From Flaccisagitta enflata (Eukaryota), in NCBI GenBank assembly GCA_965153355.1, contig OZ231126.1:17360001-17424000 (forward strand): a stretch of DNA of 64,000 bases. Reading direction: 5' to 3'. Positions within the stretch are counted from its first letter, which is position 1. The number at the start of each line of letters is the position of its first letter. Of this stretch, positions 32,001 to 61,406 are shown piece after piece. Below the pieces are notes generated by a model. It searched no databases, was not told the DNA's origin, and saw only the letters and a program-made list of their open reading frames with translations. The position numbers and the translations under genes were made by a program.

Positions 32001-34806
32001 CTGCCCATCCGCGCGCGACTTGGAACTTGGACTTGTTTAATGTAAATGGTATGCAGGTTCTTTGATTATAACATTTTCTGCGGTTAATGATTTTAAAGCG
32101 CTTTTTAGTTGCGGACACGCAACTCTATAAGAGGCTTTGTCCGTCCGTTGGTTGGTTGGTTGGTTGGAAGCGGTCATCGAGTTGAAAAGTGGGGAAACGA
32201 GCATTTTAGATACTTTTTGTGTATTTGAGTGTTGGGGGTGGATCGGGGTATAGATGGGGGTTGGATGCCCCTGCCCACCCGTCCGCAACGATATTGTGAC
32301 CCCGCGTCACTTGTTATTTCAAACTCCGCTACGTCGTGACCCTATTGTGATAAAAAGGCGTGATATACATATAACGTGCTTGACCAGGATGTGGAAGTAT
32401 GCAAGACTGCTCATAAAGACAACTATGTAGCAGTCCCAAGCCGGCTCATCAAGCATAAGATCAATGAACTTACCTAGACCTAAGCTAATCTGAGTGATGT
32501 CATCTAGTTTGTTATCGACTTGCTTCAAGGAAATCGCGGCTTTTTCTCTCCTTTCTTTTTCCTTGATCTGGTAAGCTTCCAGAAGATTGAGTTTGGCGCT
32601 GACATTTCTTACCGAATTCTCCATTTTTTCATCTCGAGATAAGCTTGCATTTAATTCTATCTTCAAATAGTTAATCGACGCCGCCGAAGCTCGCTCCTGT
32701 AGTGTATCAGCTGAGCAATAAAACAAAAAAGAACGAATTTTTATAAAACAAGGCCGATGAAAGTTTAATCAGAATTGTTTCTAACCTTTGGTTAGGATCA
32801 AAAAGCCTTTAACGTTTTCATATTTTTAGACTAAATGATGTCATTTCCAATCAAAAATCATAGAAATAAATACTAGAGTGGATCTTCTATGCGCCTTCTA
32901 ACAGTTGAGGACTTACAGGGTGATCAATCTCAACTGGCAAAAACTATTAAGCTTTTGCTCTCAGATGCAATATCTGAGGTATCTGAAATCACTTGCTATT
33001 CAAAGAACTATATTTGACATTTTTTGTGTAAAAATTTTATAGGTCTGAGATGAATAGTTTGCCCAAAATATCAATTTAAAGTATTTACACTTGTAGCTGA
33101 ATAAATCTGGGTTTAACAATATAAATTTTTATCATATTGCTTTTATTCCTATATAGATTCAACTGCTATTGTCAAATTGGTATAAAATGAAGCATAATTT
33201 GAATATTTCTTTATTTCACAACAATATTTTATCAATTGTACCATTTTAAACAAAAACTTTATTTGAAAAATAAAGATTTATTATCTATGTTTGTAATAAT
33301 ATGTTTTACTTTAAATTGATGCTGAGGGCTAACTATTCCTCTCATGCTTATAAAATTCAGACACAAAAAATGTCAAACACAGTACTTTAAGAAATATGTG
33401 ATAATAAGTCACTGAAATATTGAATTTAAAAATAAAAGCTTGATAGTTCTTGCCAGTTGATATTGATCACCCTGTATCTTAGTTTAAACTTTTTTTTTTG
33501 GTCCAATGGCTAAGTGACCCATGAACTATTTTGAAATTCGTCTCATAGCCCAATGGCTGAGATGCCTGATTTACTGACAGACGCAATAATGATTAACGAA
33601 TTAAAGGTAGATTGAACCGACCTAAAGAGGTACACGACCAGATATGATTATGCTGTATTGCACTTGATAACCTTACCAACTGTATACATCAAGATCAAAA
33701 CGCAGAGAACAGAAATGGCTGCCACCAATAGTCGATACGTGCGACCACTGAAGTGATGTTTTGTGCGTGATTCAGGTTCTTCTTTATACTCAAGCTGGAG
33801 GTTGACACTTGAATTTTGAGGTTCACCGGTTCTAGAACTCTCTCCCTGTAAGAAAATATAAAATATCCTTAGCTCGTAGAATAAGCAAAACAAATATCTC
33901 TGCCAATATGGTGGGGACATGAAATGGCCACAGATTGCTGATTCTTGTTGTTTGACAATGATGTTATACTCGAACAGCGATGAACCATTCATATGACTAG
34001 TGGAAACAAGGAAAAATAACCTTAAAGGTTAGCCGATGTATATCGTTTCTCATTCGTGCAATCATATAACTTTTTCTCTCAATTCATTTCCGTACAGTCA
34101 GTGGACACAACATGTAAGTGTATATATCATACCATTGACTTTGATCCAACTTATTGATTGTTAACAAAATATTATAGGTAACAGTAAGTTATTACAATGT
34201 GTGATGATCAAAGCTCTGTTTGCAGTATTTGGTTGTTAGAATTACAGCCGGGAGGAATGCTCCATTTTTGTAACGTCACAGCCAGCTTTAATTTCAACAA
34301 CCAGTTTTTGCATTCAAGTTTTTTTTTTTGTTATTGCTAACTTGGATCAAAGCTGCTGGTATGATACACATACCTATGATGTTTCGTCCACTGACTGCGT
34401 AACCTTTAGCAAAAGCAGCAACAGAATGAGGATAGAAATTTCCTAACGCTAATCAACTTTGCATCAACAAATCCCGAGATATGTGACTTGTTAAATGTAC
34501 CAAATTGCTAGAGCTAGAGAAGGATCGTCTTACTTAGGTAAATTAAACAATTGAATTGTTTGTTTTCCTGAGATTTTTTTTTTAAGTGGCCAAAAAAAAA
34601 AAATTGACCTTGATAGCGACAAATCGTGCCCAAATCCTAAGTTTACAAGTTGTTACGAAAAAAAAGAAATTCAGTTTGAATCTTTAAAACCGCCATAAAG
34701 ATCGATTTCCTCGTCTTACCATAGACAACTTTGCTGAAGACTCGGGCAGGTCGTAGGTGTAAATCTGATCAGCATTTTCATCGTATGGATCATTTACATA
34801 ATTCAT
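26126..34806 (-). CDS. Type II transmembrane C-type lectin; coding exons 34806-34720, 33845-33677, 32710-32474, 29610-29468, 26377-26126
   Basis: All junctions are GT-AG with matching phases (0,1,1,0). Product: cytoplasmic tail MNYVNDPYDEN..., TM LLVAAISVLCVLILMYTV, coiled-coil-like neck, then CTLD motifs KTWKQAQDLC..GARLVIIE, WVG, WDD, PFICE. The last acceptor could be 26377 or 26371. Confidence 0.9.
27013..27776. mobile_element. TA-flanked Tc1/mariner-type MITE
   Basis: ta|cagggcattcaatctcatttgacac / gtgtcaaatgagattgaagaccctg|ta. Confidence 0.85.
27781..29318 (-). mobile_element. Non-autonomous hAT-like element, copy 2 (in lectin intron 4)
   Basis: Same termini, 8-bp TSD CCTGTAGG (27773-27780 / 29319-29326); both ends are the reverse complement of copy 1. 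Confidence 0.9.
30913..31884. mobile_element. Transib-like non-autonomous element
   Basis: CACT..AGTG termini, subterminal inverted match gcgctaggtggctc / gagccatctagcgc, 5-bp GC-rich TSD CGCTC; interrupts a HINE-like element. Confidence 0.7.
32916..33474. mobile_element. TA-flanked Tc1/mariner-type MITE (lectin intron 2)
   Basis: ta|cagggtgatcaatctcaactggcaa / ttgccagttgatattgatcaccctg|ta. Confidence 0.88.
34095..34397. mobile_element. MITE (lectin intron 1)
   Basis: cagtcagtggac / gtccactgactg ends with inner ctttgatccaa / ttggatcaaag pairing. Confidence 0.75.
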
Positions 34807-35499
34807 CTTCTATTTAGAAAAAATCGACTTTAGAATAGAAATTGGCTGTGTTCAAAAACTTGTTTGTTTTTCATATATGTTCTATTGTTTCTTCGGTTTG
34901 TTTTGGTTCAGAGCAACTCTGACATACGTCGGCTAAGCCTTTTATACTTCAGGCTGTATATTCAGATCTAATTGATCCGTAGATCCTGCGGAGAATTGTC
35001 GTAAGCGCTATACAAAAACTACCAATTGTTTCTGAGTAACTTATGACATAAAATCTATCAACATTGACTCATGCCTCGAAATTTCGATCAATTCATCACG
35101 GCGGAATTTCTGTGCAGTCAAAATTCCGCCCTCGTAGGCGTTATTTCCTACTATTTCTTTTTTTTTTTTTCACGCTGTTTATATTACACTGATAAAACCA
35201 TTGCATTACCCTTTGACAATTTCCTGAGTTGGAGTCATTTACCTCTCTTAACCATCTTTCTTTTAACGTACAAGTCCATAGATCCAACTGTTCGGTGAGG
35301 TCACTCAACAGCCAAGGCGTTTGTACAGAATCAATCGAGGCTGGATACACAGGGCCATAAGTCACATGTTGATGGGCAGGGGCATTCTATTTAGGTGGGA
35401 GGCCATTCGGGCACATACCATTGAAATCTATGTATCATCCAATGTTTCGAAAATCTTTTCTTCGATGATTTAATAAACGTTTATCGCCATGATTTTCAT

Positions 35500-36112
<613 letters not shown>

Positions 36113-37224
36113 ACATTTTCTCCGTCAGAGCGACGGTTGATTGACCACGTTATAAGATAGGACATAACAACTCTTCCAGTCGCGGACGGACGGATCGACC
36201 GATCGACCAATCAATAAGTGGCTCATAAAGTCGCGCGTTCAAGAGTAAAAACGAGAGGTATAAACAGCTGTTCCTTTTCAAATTTCCCTGATTGTCCCAA
36301 TGTTTGCACGCGAAAAATCCTCCGTAATAACGAAACCCCAACAGTTAGCAACATGTGTACATGCGCAGCATATACATTTGTTTCCATACTCCGTATGCAC
36401 ACTTAAAAAAAACTCTCTGAAACCCAAAAAGATAGCAGCATGTCATAGAAACATTGCCCACAAATTATGCATTTCGCTACTAGAGTGTCAATCTTTCCCT
36501 CTCAATGGCTGCTTAACCATTAGCTTGCCTCAATTCCAAATTTCTATTAGTTGAAAATGCAGATGGGGAAGAGTAAGTAAAAATTTTTGTATGATTGTTT
36601 GTTGCTTACTTGTTATCCTTATATTGTGCCGGTACTCGTATGTATGGAACTTCAACACAGGTCATTTGGTCAGTCGTTGGAGAGGCTGAAATTTTGTCCC
36701 TGCCGAAATTACGCGAGAGTCGTGCAGCTGTCCACAAACTGCATATATTGGACATCCAAAAATGTTTTTGGTTGCGTTCTGGCGAGTTGCGACTCTAGCT
36801 CTACAAGCCAATATTTCATCGGTTTATGAGGTTGTCGGTTCTTGCTGAAATCTTTCAGATGAAGATCTCTCTATTACTAGGTTAGCCACCTTAGTCTTGC
36901 AACACGCATGCACACATAACTATGACAAAAAGAACAAGGCCAGATACACGGCAAGACAGTCGCGGACGGTTGGGCAGGGGCTGTAATTCGAAAACCGCTG
37001 GCAATAAAAAAAGATTTTGGACGGTCGGACCGACACGGCAAGGTGTAGTGTCGCGTGTCCGCGACTAAAAAGCTTGTTTCTCAGTGTTTCACATTCAAGC
37101 AATGGGAACAAGGCCGGATACAGGGCTACCTCAGAGGCGTGCGGGTGGGCAGGGGCAGTGCTGGAGAAGGTCACCAGAGCATTTGGGCAGGAGCTGTAGG
37201 CTCAAAAAGCTCAACAGGTCGCCC

Positions 37225-38015
37225 AAGGGCAATATGTGGTCAGCGATACCCGTTGCCCTGCTTTGAGTGATTGTGAATTGGAGTGAGGGAAAGCAGGGCA
37301 GCGGCCCCGAAGGGGACAAAGTCCTGTAGAACACAGGGGGACTTTCGTTTGTCCTACCTGAAGAAGTGGATGAGATGCTATAGAGGGCTGACTGAAGGCA
37401 TTCAAGAGCCTAAACTGTGGTCTAAGAAGGCTGATATGAGGCCTGAGAATGCCGATTGGAAGCTTAAGAGGGCTGACTTGAGGCTTGAGAGAGCTGGATT
37501 AAGGCTTGAAAGGCCAGAGGACTGATTTGAAGCCTGGGAGCAAAAAATTGAGGTTTAGATGGCTGACTTCAGGCCTGAGAGGCCTAATTTCAGGCATGAG
37601 AGTCCAGGTTTGAGGCCTGAGAATTTGAATTTGAGGCCTGAGAAGCCAGATTTGAGGCCTGAGAGGCCAGATTTGAGGCCTGAGAGGCCAGATTCGAGGC
37701 CTGAGAGGCCAGATTTGAGGCCTGAGAGGCCAGATTTGAGGCCTGAGAGGCCAGATTTGAGGCCTGGGAGGCTGGATTTGAGACCTGAGAGGCTGGATTT
37801 GAGGCCTGAGAGGCCAGATTTGAGGCCTGAGGGGTCTGATGAAGGGGGGGACTAACGAACGGACGGACGGACGGACGGACGGACGGACGGACAGACGGAC
37901 GGACGGACGGACGGACGGACGGACGGACGGACGGACGGACGGACGGACGGACGGACGGACGAACGTAAAAGTCCCCTGTTCTACAGACTTCGTCTCTTCG
38001 GGCCGCTGCCCAAAA
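37225..38015. mobile_element. Element with asymmetric inverted repeats (gggcagcggccc / gggccgctgccc) and an internal 21-bp tandem array; relatives at about 7885-8415, 14885-15477, 23560-24120, 38040-38535, 58790-58880
   Basis: 21-mer ccagatttgaggcctgagagg repeated about 37560-37830, a (GGAC)n tract, and a common gggccgctgcccaaaa end in most copies. Confidence 0.8.
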
Positions 38016-39234
38016 CGCCGAAAAGTAATAGTAAAAGCGTTAGTTGGTCAGCGGTACCCGTGCCCCGCCTAAGTTGGTTGTGGTTGAAGTCAGAGCAGGG
38101 CAGTCCAAGGGGGACCTACACACACATGGGATTTTCCTTCCTCCACCCTCCTCCTCTCTCCCCTCCTCAATACCAGTCCCAAATTCCAGTCTCGAGGCCC
38201 AAATCCCAGCATCAGGCCCAAATCCTAGCCTCAAGGCCCAATCCTAGCCTGGAGGCTGAGATTGGGGCCTCAAGGCCGGGTCTGGGCCCTGGCTGGATTT
38301 TGACCTTTAGGCTGAGATTTGGGCTTCACGGCTGAAATCTGGGCCTCCAGGCTAGGATTTGGGCCTTGAGGCTGGGATTTGGGCCTCAAGACTGGGATTT
38401 GGGCCTCGAGACTGGAATGTGGGCCTTGGGACTGGGATTTGAGGGGGGGACGTAGGAGGAGGAGGAGAAGGAGGAGAAAATCCCCCATATGTGTGAAAGC
38501 ATAGTCATCGACCCCTACGGGGCCGCTGCCCAAAAAGGGGACCGACTGACCGACCGATCAAACAACCGACCAAACAACCGACCGACCAACCGACCGACCG
38601 ACTGACCCACCGAACGACCGACTGACCGACCGACCGACCTAGCGGGGTGTAGAGTCGCGTAGCACGCGACTACAATCATAGCAAAATCTTTAACCTTTTT
38701 GACGCTCTGCGAAAGTTCTTTCAAATGAGACCTTGTTGGATGTCCTAACTCTATCCGTTTAGAAATGCTATTAAGATGAAGACAGGTGGTCAAGAATTTG
38801 GAAATTCACTACGCATAAAACGCATTATTAACAAACGGAGAGACTAAAATTGCTCATTGGGGAAAAATTCAAATGATTACTTTTTTTATCGGTGATTTTT
38901 TTCTTCAAACCATCTCCGTTTCTAAACGAATAAAGCTATAATGACCAGCATTTTGAAGATTTTTTGCAGAGCTTTCAAACGGTCATGGATTTTTTATGGT
39001 TCAGGCCCGTAGTTAAGCAAAATTTAGCAAAACAAAGTGTTCGCTTTTTTTCTTTACCATAGTTACTTGAACAAAAACGAAAACAAATACAAACGCTCAT
39101 TGCCACCACAAAAGCAAAAATCAATTTGTCACTTCCGGAACCTCACGTCCATGCAACTGAGACTAAATGAAAAACTATTCGCCAATAATTATGGAAAAAA
39201 GGCTGTTGCGTTTTTTTCCAGCCCCCCCCCCCTT

Positions 39235-39511
39235 TTTTAGATGCGTCCTCGCATCTCTATAAAAGGGTCTGTCCGTCAGTCCGTTGGTCCGTCGGTCCGT
39301 CCGTCCATCCGTCCGTCCGTCCGTTACGCCTGTGCAAAAACTCAGCTGTTTTTGGCCACGATGAGATCTTATACTGAAACAAATGATCAACCAACATGTT
39401 TTGAGAGCCTTTTCTCCCTATCTGTCCCATCTGTCTCTCCATATATATGTCACATGATCAATACACATAGAGACACAGCCCGGACGCATCGTTGCCTGGT
39501 TGGGCTTGTTT
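39235..39511 (+). mobile_element. HINE-like element, type C
   Basis: ttttAGATGCG-tcct-CGCATCT ctataa, (GTCC)n, 3' ggacgcatcg ... ggcttgtt. Confidence 0.65.
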
Positions 39512-39649
39512 TTTTCCAATCCGGCGACAGACACTTGCTAAATGTAGCTCTCGTTGCTTTTTGTCACTCAACCAGAGAATGATCAACATGAGAGGTATTG
39601 GTTATCTCTTTGTTATAAAATACTAGCGTTATGATAGCGATATGTCATA

Positions 39650-40208
39650 CAGTAGATGTCGTCTAGACTTGGAAATACAGGAAGACAAATTTACTTAAGA
39701 GACTGATATTTGGAATATAGACTGATAAAAGGATGCTTTGTTGCCCATGGGTGTTGGTTGCCATGGAAACACATTTTCATGTATTCACGCTAAAGTATCA
39801 ACATTTTGAGAAATTTTTTTAGGGAACATTGTTTAAAACAAAATTTGCCACAACTTTCCCATAGTATGTTCTGTAAGAATATTGCTCGTTTAGCCGTTGC
39901 TAGGGAGCGTAACTATGTGTGACAGCCCTGTGATGCTCCCTAGCAACCGCCAAACCAGCGATATTCTTACATAACATACTGTGGGAAAGTTGTAGCAAAT
40001 TTTATTTTAAACAATGTTCCCTCAAAAAATTTCTCAAAAAATTGATACTTTAGCGTAAATACATGGAAATGTGTTTCCATGGCAACCAATACCCATGGGC
40101 AATAAAGCATCGTTTTATTAGTTTATATTCCAAATATCACTTTCTTAACTTTGTTTTTCTTCCTGTAATGAATTCTCCCGTACTTCCAAGTCTAGACGAT
40201 ATCTACTG
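39650..40208. mobile_element. Near-perfect palindromic foldback MITE (TA flanks)
   Basis: cagtagatgtcgtctagacttggaa / ttccaagtctagacgatatctactg. Confidence 0.9.
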
Positions 40209-40693
40209 TATCATAATGTCTAGATAAAAAGTGTCTAACGTCCTAACATGGAACTCGAAGTTCACCGATATCTGGCCTCAACAACTCGGACTTTTCCTCC
40301 GATTCATGTTTTCTGCCATGAAGGCCCGGAGCTAAAGCCCTGAGCCTGCGCGGGTAAGTGTGAACCATCGGGCTCTGAAAACCCTCTCAATTTCGAATTT
40401 CATGGTTGAATCGAGAGAGTCTTTTATGCAGAAAAAGGTATGATATTTTTGGGACCAACCAGCTTAGTCTCTTTGATCTCTCCAGTCTTACTCTACATTT
40501 TTTCAATACCGTATTTCTTGAGATCAGCCCTCTTAAAAATGGTGTAGCAGGTAGCGCCGCTACTCGGAAGAGAAAGGGATGTGTCGGAAGGTTTTGGCAG
40601 AAAAAGAAGTGAAAGAAAAGAAAGAAGAAAGAGAAGAAAAAGAAAAGAGAAAAAAAAAAGGAGGAGAAGGAAAAAAAGAAATAAAAGGAAAAG

Positions 40694-40776
<83 letters not shown>

Positions 40777-41452
40777 CAGATGGGTGAGTGGGAAGGTCTT
40801 GGAAGGGGCAGCGGAGCCTGAGAGGGAAGAAGAACAATAGAAAGAACAAGGCCGGATAAACGGCTACCAAAGTCGCGTGCGGGTGGGCAGGGGCCATATT
40901 TGAGGTCACCAGACCATTTGGGCAGGAGCACTGAGGTCAAAGAAATAAAATCATAAAAAAAAGTAAAGTGTGACCGACCAACCGACCAACCAACTGACTG
41001 ACCGACGGACAAAGCGGGTTGTAGAGTCGCGTGCACGCGACTAAAAATTAGGAGAAGAAGAAATAGGGAACAAAAAAGAAAAAGAAAAAGAAACGGAAGA
41101 AAGAAAAACAGGAAGAGATAGGGAAAAAATGGACAGAGTGTGGTCCTACCAAATATGCAATTGGGCATCATACATTTGTTTTTGGGACTAGAATTTTTGG
41201 TAAGGGATATTTTATTTTTCAGTCAGTCATTTAAGCAACGATAGTTTTCTGCTTTGTTCTTGTGAGTCAATAAAAACAAATGTTTGGGGTTCTTTTAAGT
41301 TTTGGTGTATTTTGACTATTTTCACTAGTGGAGTTGGATTTTTCATGTTGGAAAACTTGAAGGGCAAAATCCTGCTACTCGGAGGGAAAACATTTTTAAG
41401 AGGGCTGCTTGAGATAACAATTCCCTCATCAATCTCTCTCATTGTCGCAGAA

Positions 41453-43425
<1,973 letters not shown>

Positions 43426-44164
43426 GGGCTACAATGTCAGGCCCCCGGAAGGGTCATTGAAATATTTAGAGCTTGTTACGTCCTCCTAGGGGCCTTGTGG
43501 CGTCCATCTACAACGAGTTTGGGCAGTTACTGATTGAAATTATGATCGATGTACCTCAAGTTGTTATTATTGTTGTTGGCGTTGGAATTATTGTCCTCGC
43601 TGATGTTGTCGTAGTCATCATCTTATTGTCGTTGTCAATTTTAATCCTCAGCATCGTCGTCATGCATAATGTGATCGTTTTTGTCATTTTTCCTTCATTT
43701 TTAGTCTCAAATTAAAAATGGAGGAAAAAAAAGATCAAGTGTGAAAAAAAGTAAAGTAGCTCCAATTCGGTATTGGATGATCTTAGCAGAATTCAGAGAG
43801 CGATTTCTCATCATGTCAATGAAAATCATTGTGGCCTAGTGCTTGGTCACTGTCTCATCACTATGTCATAAAATGAAATAATAAACAATTTTTTCGTGTG
43901 TTTTAAGGTCGGCGCTATTGGCACATGATGATAGGGACTGAGACCTCCCCCAAAACACAAACCAAATTATTCTGGATGAATTTGTCGAGTCAAAATGATT
44001 TAGACTATCGTAAAACTTGATTTACAAGAACAGGGGTAGTTCTATCATAAGATTAGTGGTGGGTGGGAAAATCTCCTTATAGATCAAAGTGTCTAGGTCC
44101 ATAAAATGACATAACAAGCTCTAAATATTTTAATGACCCTTCCGGGGGCCTGCAATCGTAGCCC
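43426..44164. mobile_element. MITE with TTAA TSD and GGG..CCC ends (Kolobok-like)
   Basis: ttaa|gggctacaatgtcaggcccccggaagggtcatt ... aatgacccttccgggggcctgcaatcgtagccc|ttaa. Confidence 0.85.
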
Positions 44165-44320
44165 TTAAATCATCATTTTTGTTCATTTGTGAAAAAAACG
44201 TAATATTATGTAAAAAAATTCCACAGCATTGCCCCCCCTCAATAACACCTACATAATTGTGAATTATCTCCGAATAATTCACAGAACGTTGTCACATTGC
44301 TACATCAAATGTCACTTGTA

Positions 44321-44675
44321 TATTACGTCCCATGAAGCGCCCCAAACTTCGACTATGGCTTTCACCAATCTTGCCACAGTTGAGGCTCGGTAAGAAAATA
44401 TTCCATGCAAAATTTTGGGCCTCCCAGATAGCAGGAACCTTCGTTAGGGTGAGGTTGGAGTTTGCATTGAATTAGCATTGGAATCAGTATTTCTATTATG
44501 CAAATTTTGTCTCTGCTATAGATTTTTATGGAAACTTCATGGTCACCCTAACAAAGGTTCCCCCTATCCAAGAGGCCTGAAAATTTGCATGAGATATTTT
44601 TTTACCAAGCCTCGTCTATGGTAAGATTGGTGAGAGCCAGTGTTTAACTTAGGGGCGTTTCAATTGACGTATTGT
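44321..44675. mobile_element. Diverged foldback MITE
   Basis: tcaccaatcttgccac / tggtaagattggtga and ggaaccttcgttagggtga / tcaccctaacaaaggttcc inverted pairs. Confidence 0.75.
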
Positions 44676-44680
44676 ATATA

Positions 44681-46086
44681 CAGTGGGTTTCGTGGAATAA
44701 CAGCCTAAACTGGAGGAAGGTATTTAAGTGTCTTAATTTCATTTGACAAACTTGATATTTAAAATATAAGTTGTTCACTCAATGCTTTTGTCCCTGAGTT
44801 TTTCGGTTGCTATGGAAACCAAAATTATTTTTTTAAACATTTATAACCACTAAAATATCAATATTTTGAGAAATATTATCAGGGAACATTGCTCAAAATT
44901 AAATTTGCTACAACTTTCCCACAGTATGTTCTGTAAGAATATTGCTCGTTTGGCCGTTGCTAGGGGGCATCACACCTAGCAACCGCTAAATGATGCTCCC
45001 TAGCAACGGCTAAACGAGCGATATTCTCACAGGACATACTGTGGGAAAGTTGTAGCAAATTTAATTTTGAGCAATGTTCCCTGATAATATTTCTTAAAAT
45101 ATCAATATTCTAATTGTTATGAATGTTTAAAAAAATAATTTTGGTTTCCATAGCAACCAAAAAACTCAGGAACAAAAGCATCGAGTGAACAACTTATATT
45201 TCAAATATCAAGTTTGTCAAATAAAATTAAGACACTTAAATACCTTCCTCCAGTTTAGGCTGTTACACTTTTTATTTTTAGTCGCATGCACGCGACTCTA
45301 CACCCCGCTTTGTCCGTCCGTCCGTCCGTCGGTCCGTCGGTCCGTCCGTCCGTCCGTCACACTTTACTTTTTTGTAATATAACATCAACTTCCAGGTTAT
45401 TTTAAGTCATTTTAAGTCATTAATAGTTATTCTAAGTCATTTTGAGTCACTCTAAGTCATTTTAAGTCATTTTTGGCCATTTTAAGTTATTTTAAGTCAT
45501 TTTTGGTCATAAGGTTTTTTAGTCATTTTAAGTCTTTTTTGGTCATTTTAGGTCATTCTAAGTCATTGAAAGTCATTCTAAGTCCTTCAAAGTCATGCTA
45601 AGTCATTCTTAGTTTGTAAGTCTCGCACGCGACTTATAGGTGTTGGCCTTGTTTATAAGAACGTCATTTTTTTTCCAAAGGCTTTATGTTCTTATTTTTA
45701 AGGCAAAATTAAGCCTTGAATGTTCTTACAGCGTTCTTAATTCTAGATAACAAATGAATTATAATAAACCTTTAAATTCACTATTAATTATTGGAAATAA
45801 ATGTATTTTTATCAATAATCGCTAAAAAAGATACTAAATTTTAAAGTCAAGGGATATATTTATGGAATTTATGTTAGAAATAGCAGAATTTTATTGTAAA
45901 TCTTCTAATTTCAAGTATTTTATCAATATTTCAAAAGTTTTATTGTTAGTAAAAAATTTTCTTTTAGAATTTGAAGCCTTCACATGTTTTTATTATGTTC
46001 TTAATTTTGGGGCAATTTGAAGCCTAGATGTTCTTATAAACTAGGTTCTTATAAAAAATAAAGAGTGTATTCCACGAACCCCACTG
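44681..46086. mobile_element. TA-flanked MITE hosting two nested insertions
   Basis: cagtgggtttcgtggaata / tattccacgaaccccactg; the left arm is restored after removing 44700-45263 and 45275-45653. Confidence 0.85.
44700..45263. mobile_element. Near-perfect palindromic foldback MITE (TA flanks)
   Basis: acagcctaaactggaggaaggtatttaagtgtc / gacacttaaataccttcctccagtttaggctgt; arms pair almost to the centre. Confidence 0.9.
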
Positions 46087-46197
46087 TAACTATCACTTTG
46101 AAGTTAGAAAGATGCACGTCGTATTTATTAAAGTTTTGAATCAGAAGAAAAATCACAAACTGACACATGGTAGTAGATGTTTCTGTTGTCGTTTAAT

Positions 46198-46517
46198 GGA
46201 AGAAGAAGAAGAAGAAGAGGAAGAAGAACAAGAAGAAGAAGAAGAAGAAGAAGAAAAAGAAAAAGAAAAAGAAAAAGAAAAAGAAAAAGAAAAAGAAAAA
46301 GAAAAAGAAGAAGAAGAAGAAGAAGAAGCCATCACCATCACCATCACTGTTATCATCATCGTCATCATCATCATCATCATCATCACCATCACTGTTATCA
46401 TCATCTTCATCTTCATCTTCATCATCATCCTCATCATCATCATTTCATCACCATCATCTTCATCATCATCTTCATCTTCATCATCATCCTCATCATCATC
46501 ATTTCATCACCATCATC

Positions 46518-46567
<50 letters not shown>

Positions 46568-46575
46568 TATCATCC

Positions 46576-46621
<46 letters not shown>

Positions 46622-46650
46622 TTCATTATCATCATTTCATTATCATCACC
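46198..46650. repeat. Compound (GAA)n/(GAAAAA)n/(CAT)n microsatellite
   Basis: Direct reading of the sequence. Confidence 0.95.
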
Positions 46651-47263
46651 TAAACATCGCTCACTTTAATTCCCCCAAATCCGCAAGAAGCAAAGAGCAA
46701 CAACTTCGATCATCATGCATCGTTATCATGATCATGATCGCGATGGTGCAGTTTAAAACTATCGCCTCAGCTTCTCTGTTGAAACACATAGACTGTGTGT
46801 TGCAAGGTTTTTTTCCTTCCCTTTTTCTCTTCTAATTCTTTTTTTTTTTTCATTATCATTGTTTTTTTTTCGCGTAAAATGGAGATTCGTCGAATTGCTT
46901 TGCTGTTGTTCGTCATTCAACAGTCAAAGAAAAGAAAATGATTGCAAAAAGATCAAATGATCTTTAAAACACGTGCCCTATATAATAATAGGGTGCGAAC
47001 CAATCAGACAAAGTTGACGTGGAGGTGACTCACTTCGATGGACGCTGGCGGCTGGTCTGTTAGTCTCAGTTCTTTATCAATGTTACGGTCAAACTGAGTA
47101 TTCGACATCAGCATCAGCCATCGACCATTATCTCCATCCTCGACGTTGCTTAAGACATGCATGAATTCACATGATGCCTTGAAGCCTGAACTCACGTGAA
47201 AGCGTAGGCTAAGAAGCGTTTTTTTACGAGGCGAGGCCCCAAGAGGCCCAAAGAGGCCCAAAA

Positions 47264-60562
<13,299 letters not shown>

Positions 60563-60833
60563 TAGTAACCATTGGCTAACTAAACAACTGTTTTTTCTAG
60601 GAACCGTTTCAACGGCTGATTACATAAGCTAACTGAATTAACATCTGATTCTATTGCATTGCATCCGATCGCATTAATTGAAATGCGTTTCAGAGGCCGA
60701 TTATCAACATAGCTGAATAGAGGTGATGTTGTCATACACCCTCCGTCAGTTAGCAACGGTGCCCGCTGAGTATTAGATGCGAATCGTTTTCCCCAATTAT
60801 CTAGTCTTCTTGAAGCTAACATAACTATAGCTA

Positions 60834-61406
60834 CAGTACGGTGGGAGCAATGACGGCCTAGACTGGAGGATAGATTTAGGTATCCTAATTTTATTTGTAT
60901 CATTAAATATTTTAGATCTAAGCTAATTAAAGGTTGCTCTATCAAGTGAATGGATTTGCATCTCTTAAACCTCAATTTGTGACTTGACCTCATCAAGACT
61001 TTATTTTTCAAGGTTCAAATTAATTTCATTAGATCGGGTGAAAAATTTTATATAATTTTGAAAAAAATTAGCTCAATCGAACTATTTTTACAGGTTTTAC
61101 GGCTAAGTTTAATAAACAAAAGTTATGCAAATTAATTTTTGAGCAAAATTTAAAAAAACCATAAAACTTGTAAAAATAGCCCAATTGAGCTGATTTTTTT
61201 TCAAAACTATATGAAATTTTCCACCCGATCTATTGAGATAGGTTAGAACTTTGAAAAATGAAGTTGAAGTTTGAGAGACGTAAACATTTTCACTCAAAAA
61301 AACAATCTTTAATTAACCTAAATTTCAAATATTTCATATTACAAATAAAATTAGGGAACCTAATATCTATCCTCCACTCTAGGTCGCCATTGCTCCCATC
61401 GTACTG
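60834..61406. mobile_element. TA-flanked MITE
   Basis: cagtacggtgggagcaatgacggcctag / ctaggtcgccattgctcccatcgtactg. Confidence 0.88.

Noticed and set aside
36587-36830. Unique sequence with a minus-strand donor near 36608, a possible upstream lectin exon
   Set aside because: No convincing reading frame or acceptor; cannot be supported without transcripts.
37559-37855. ORF with RPERPDL heptad repeats
   Set aside because: It is the 21-bp array inside a dispersed element; sister copies are not open.
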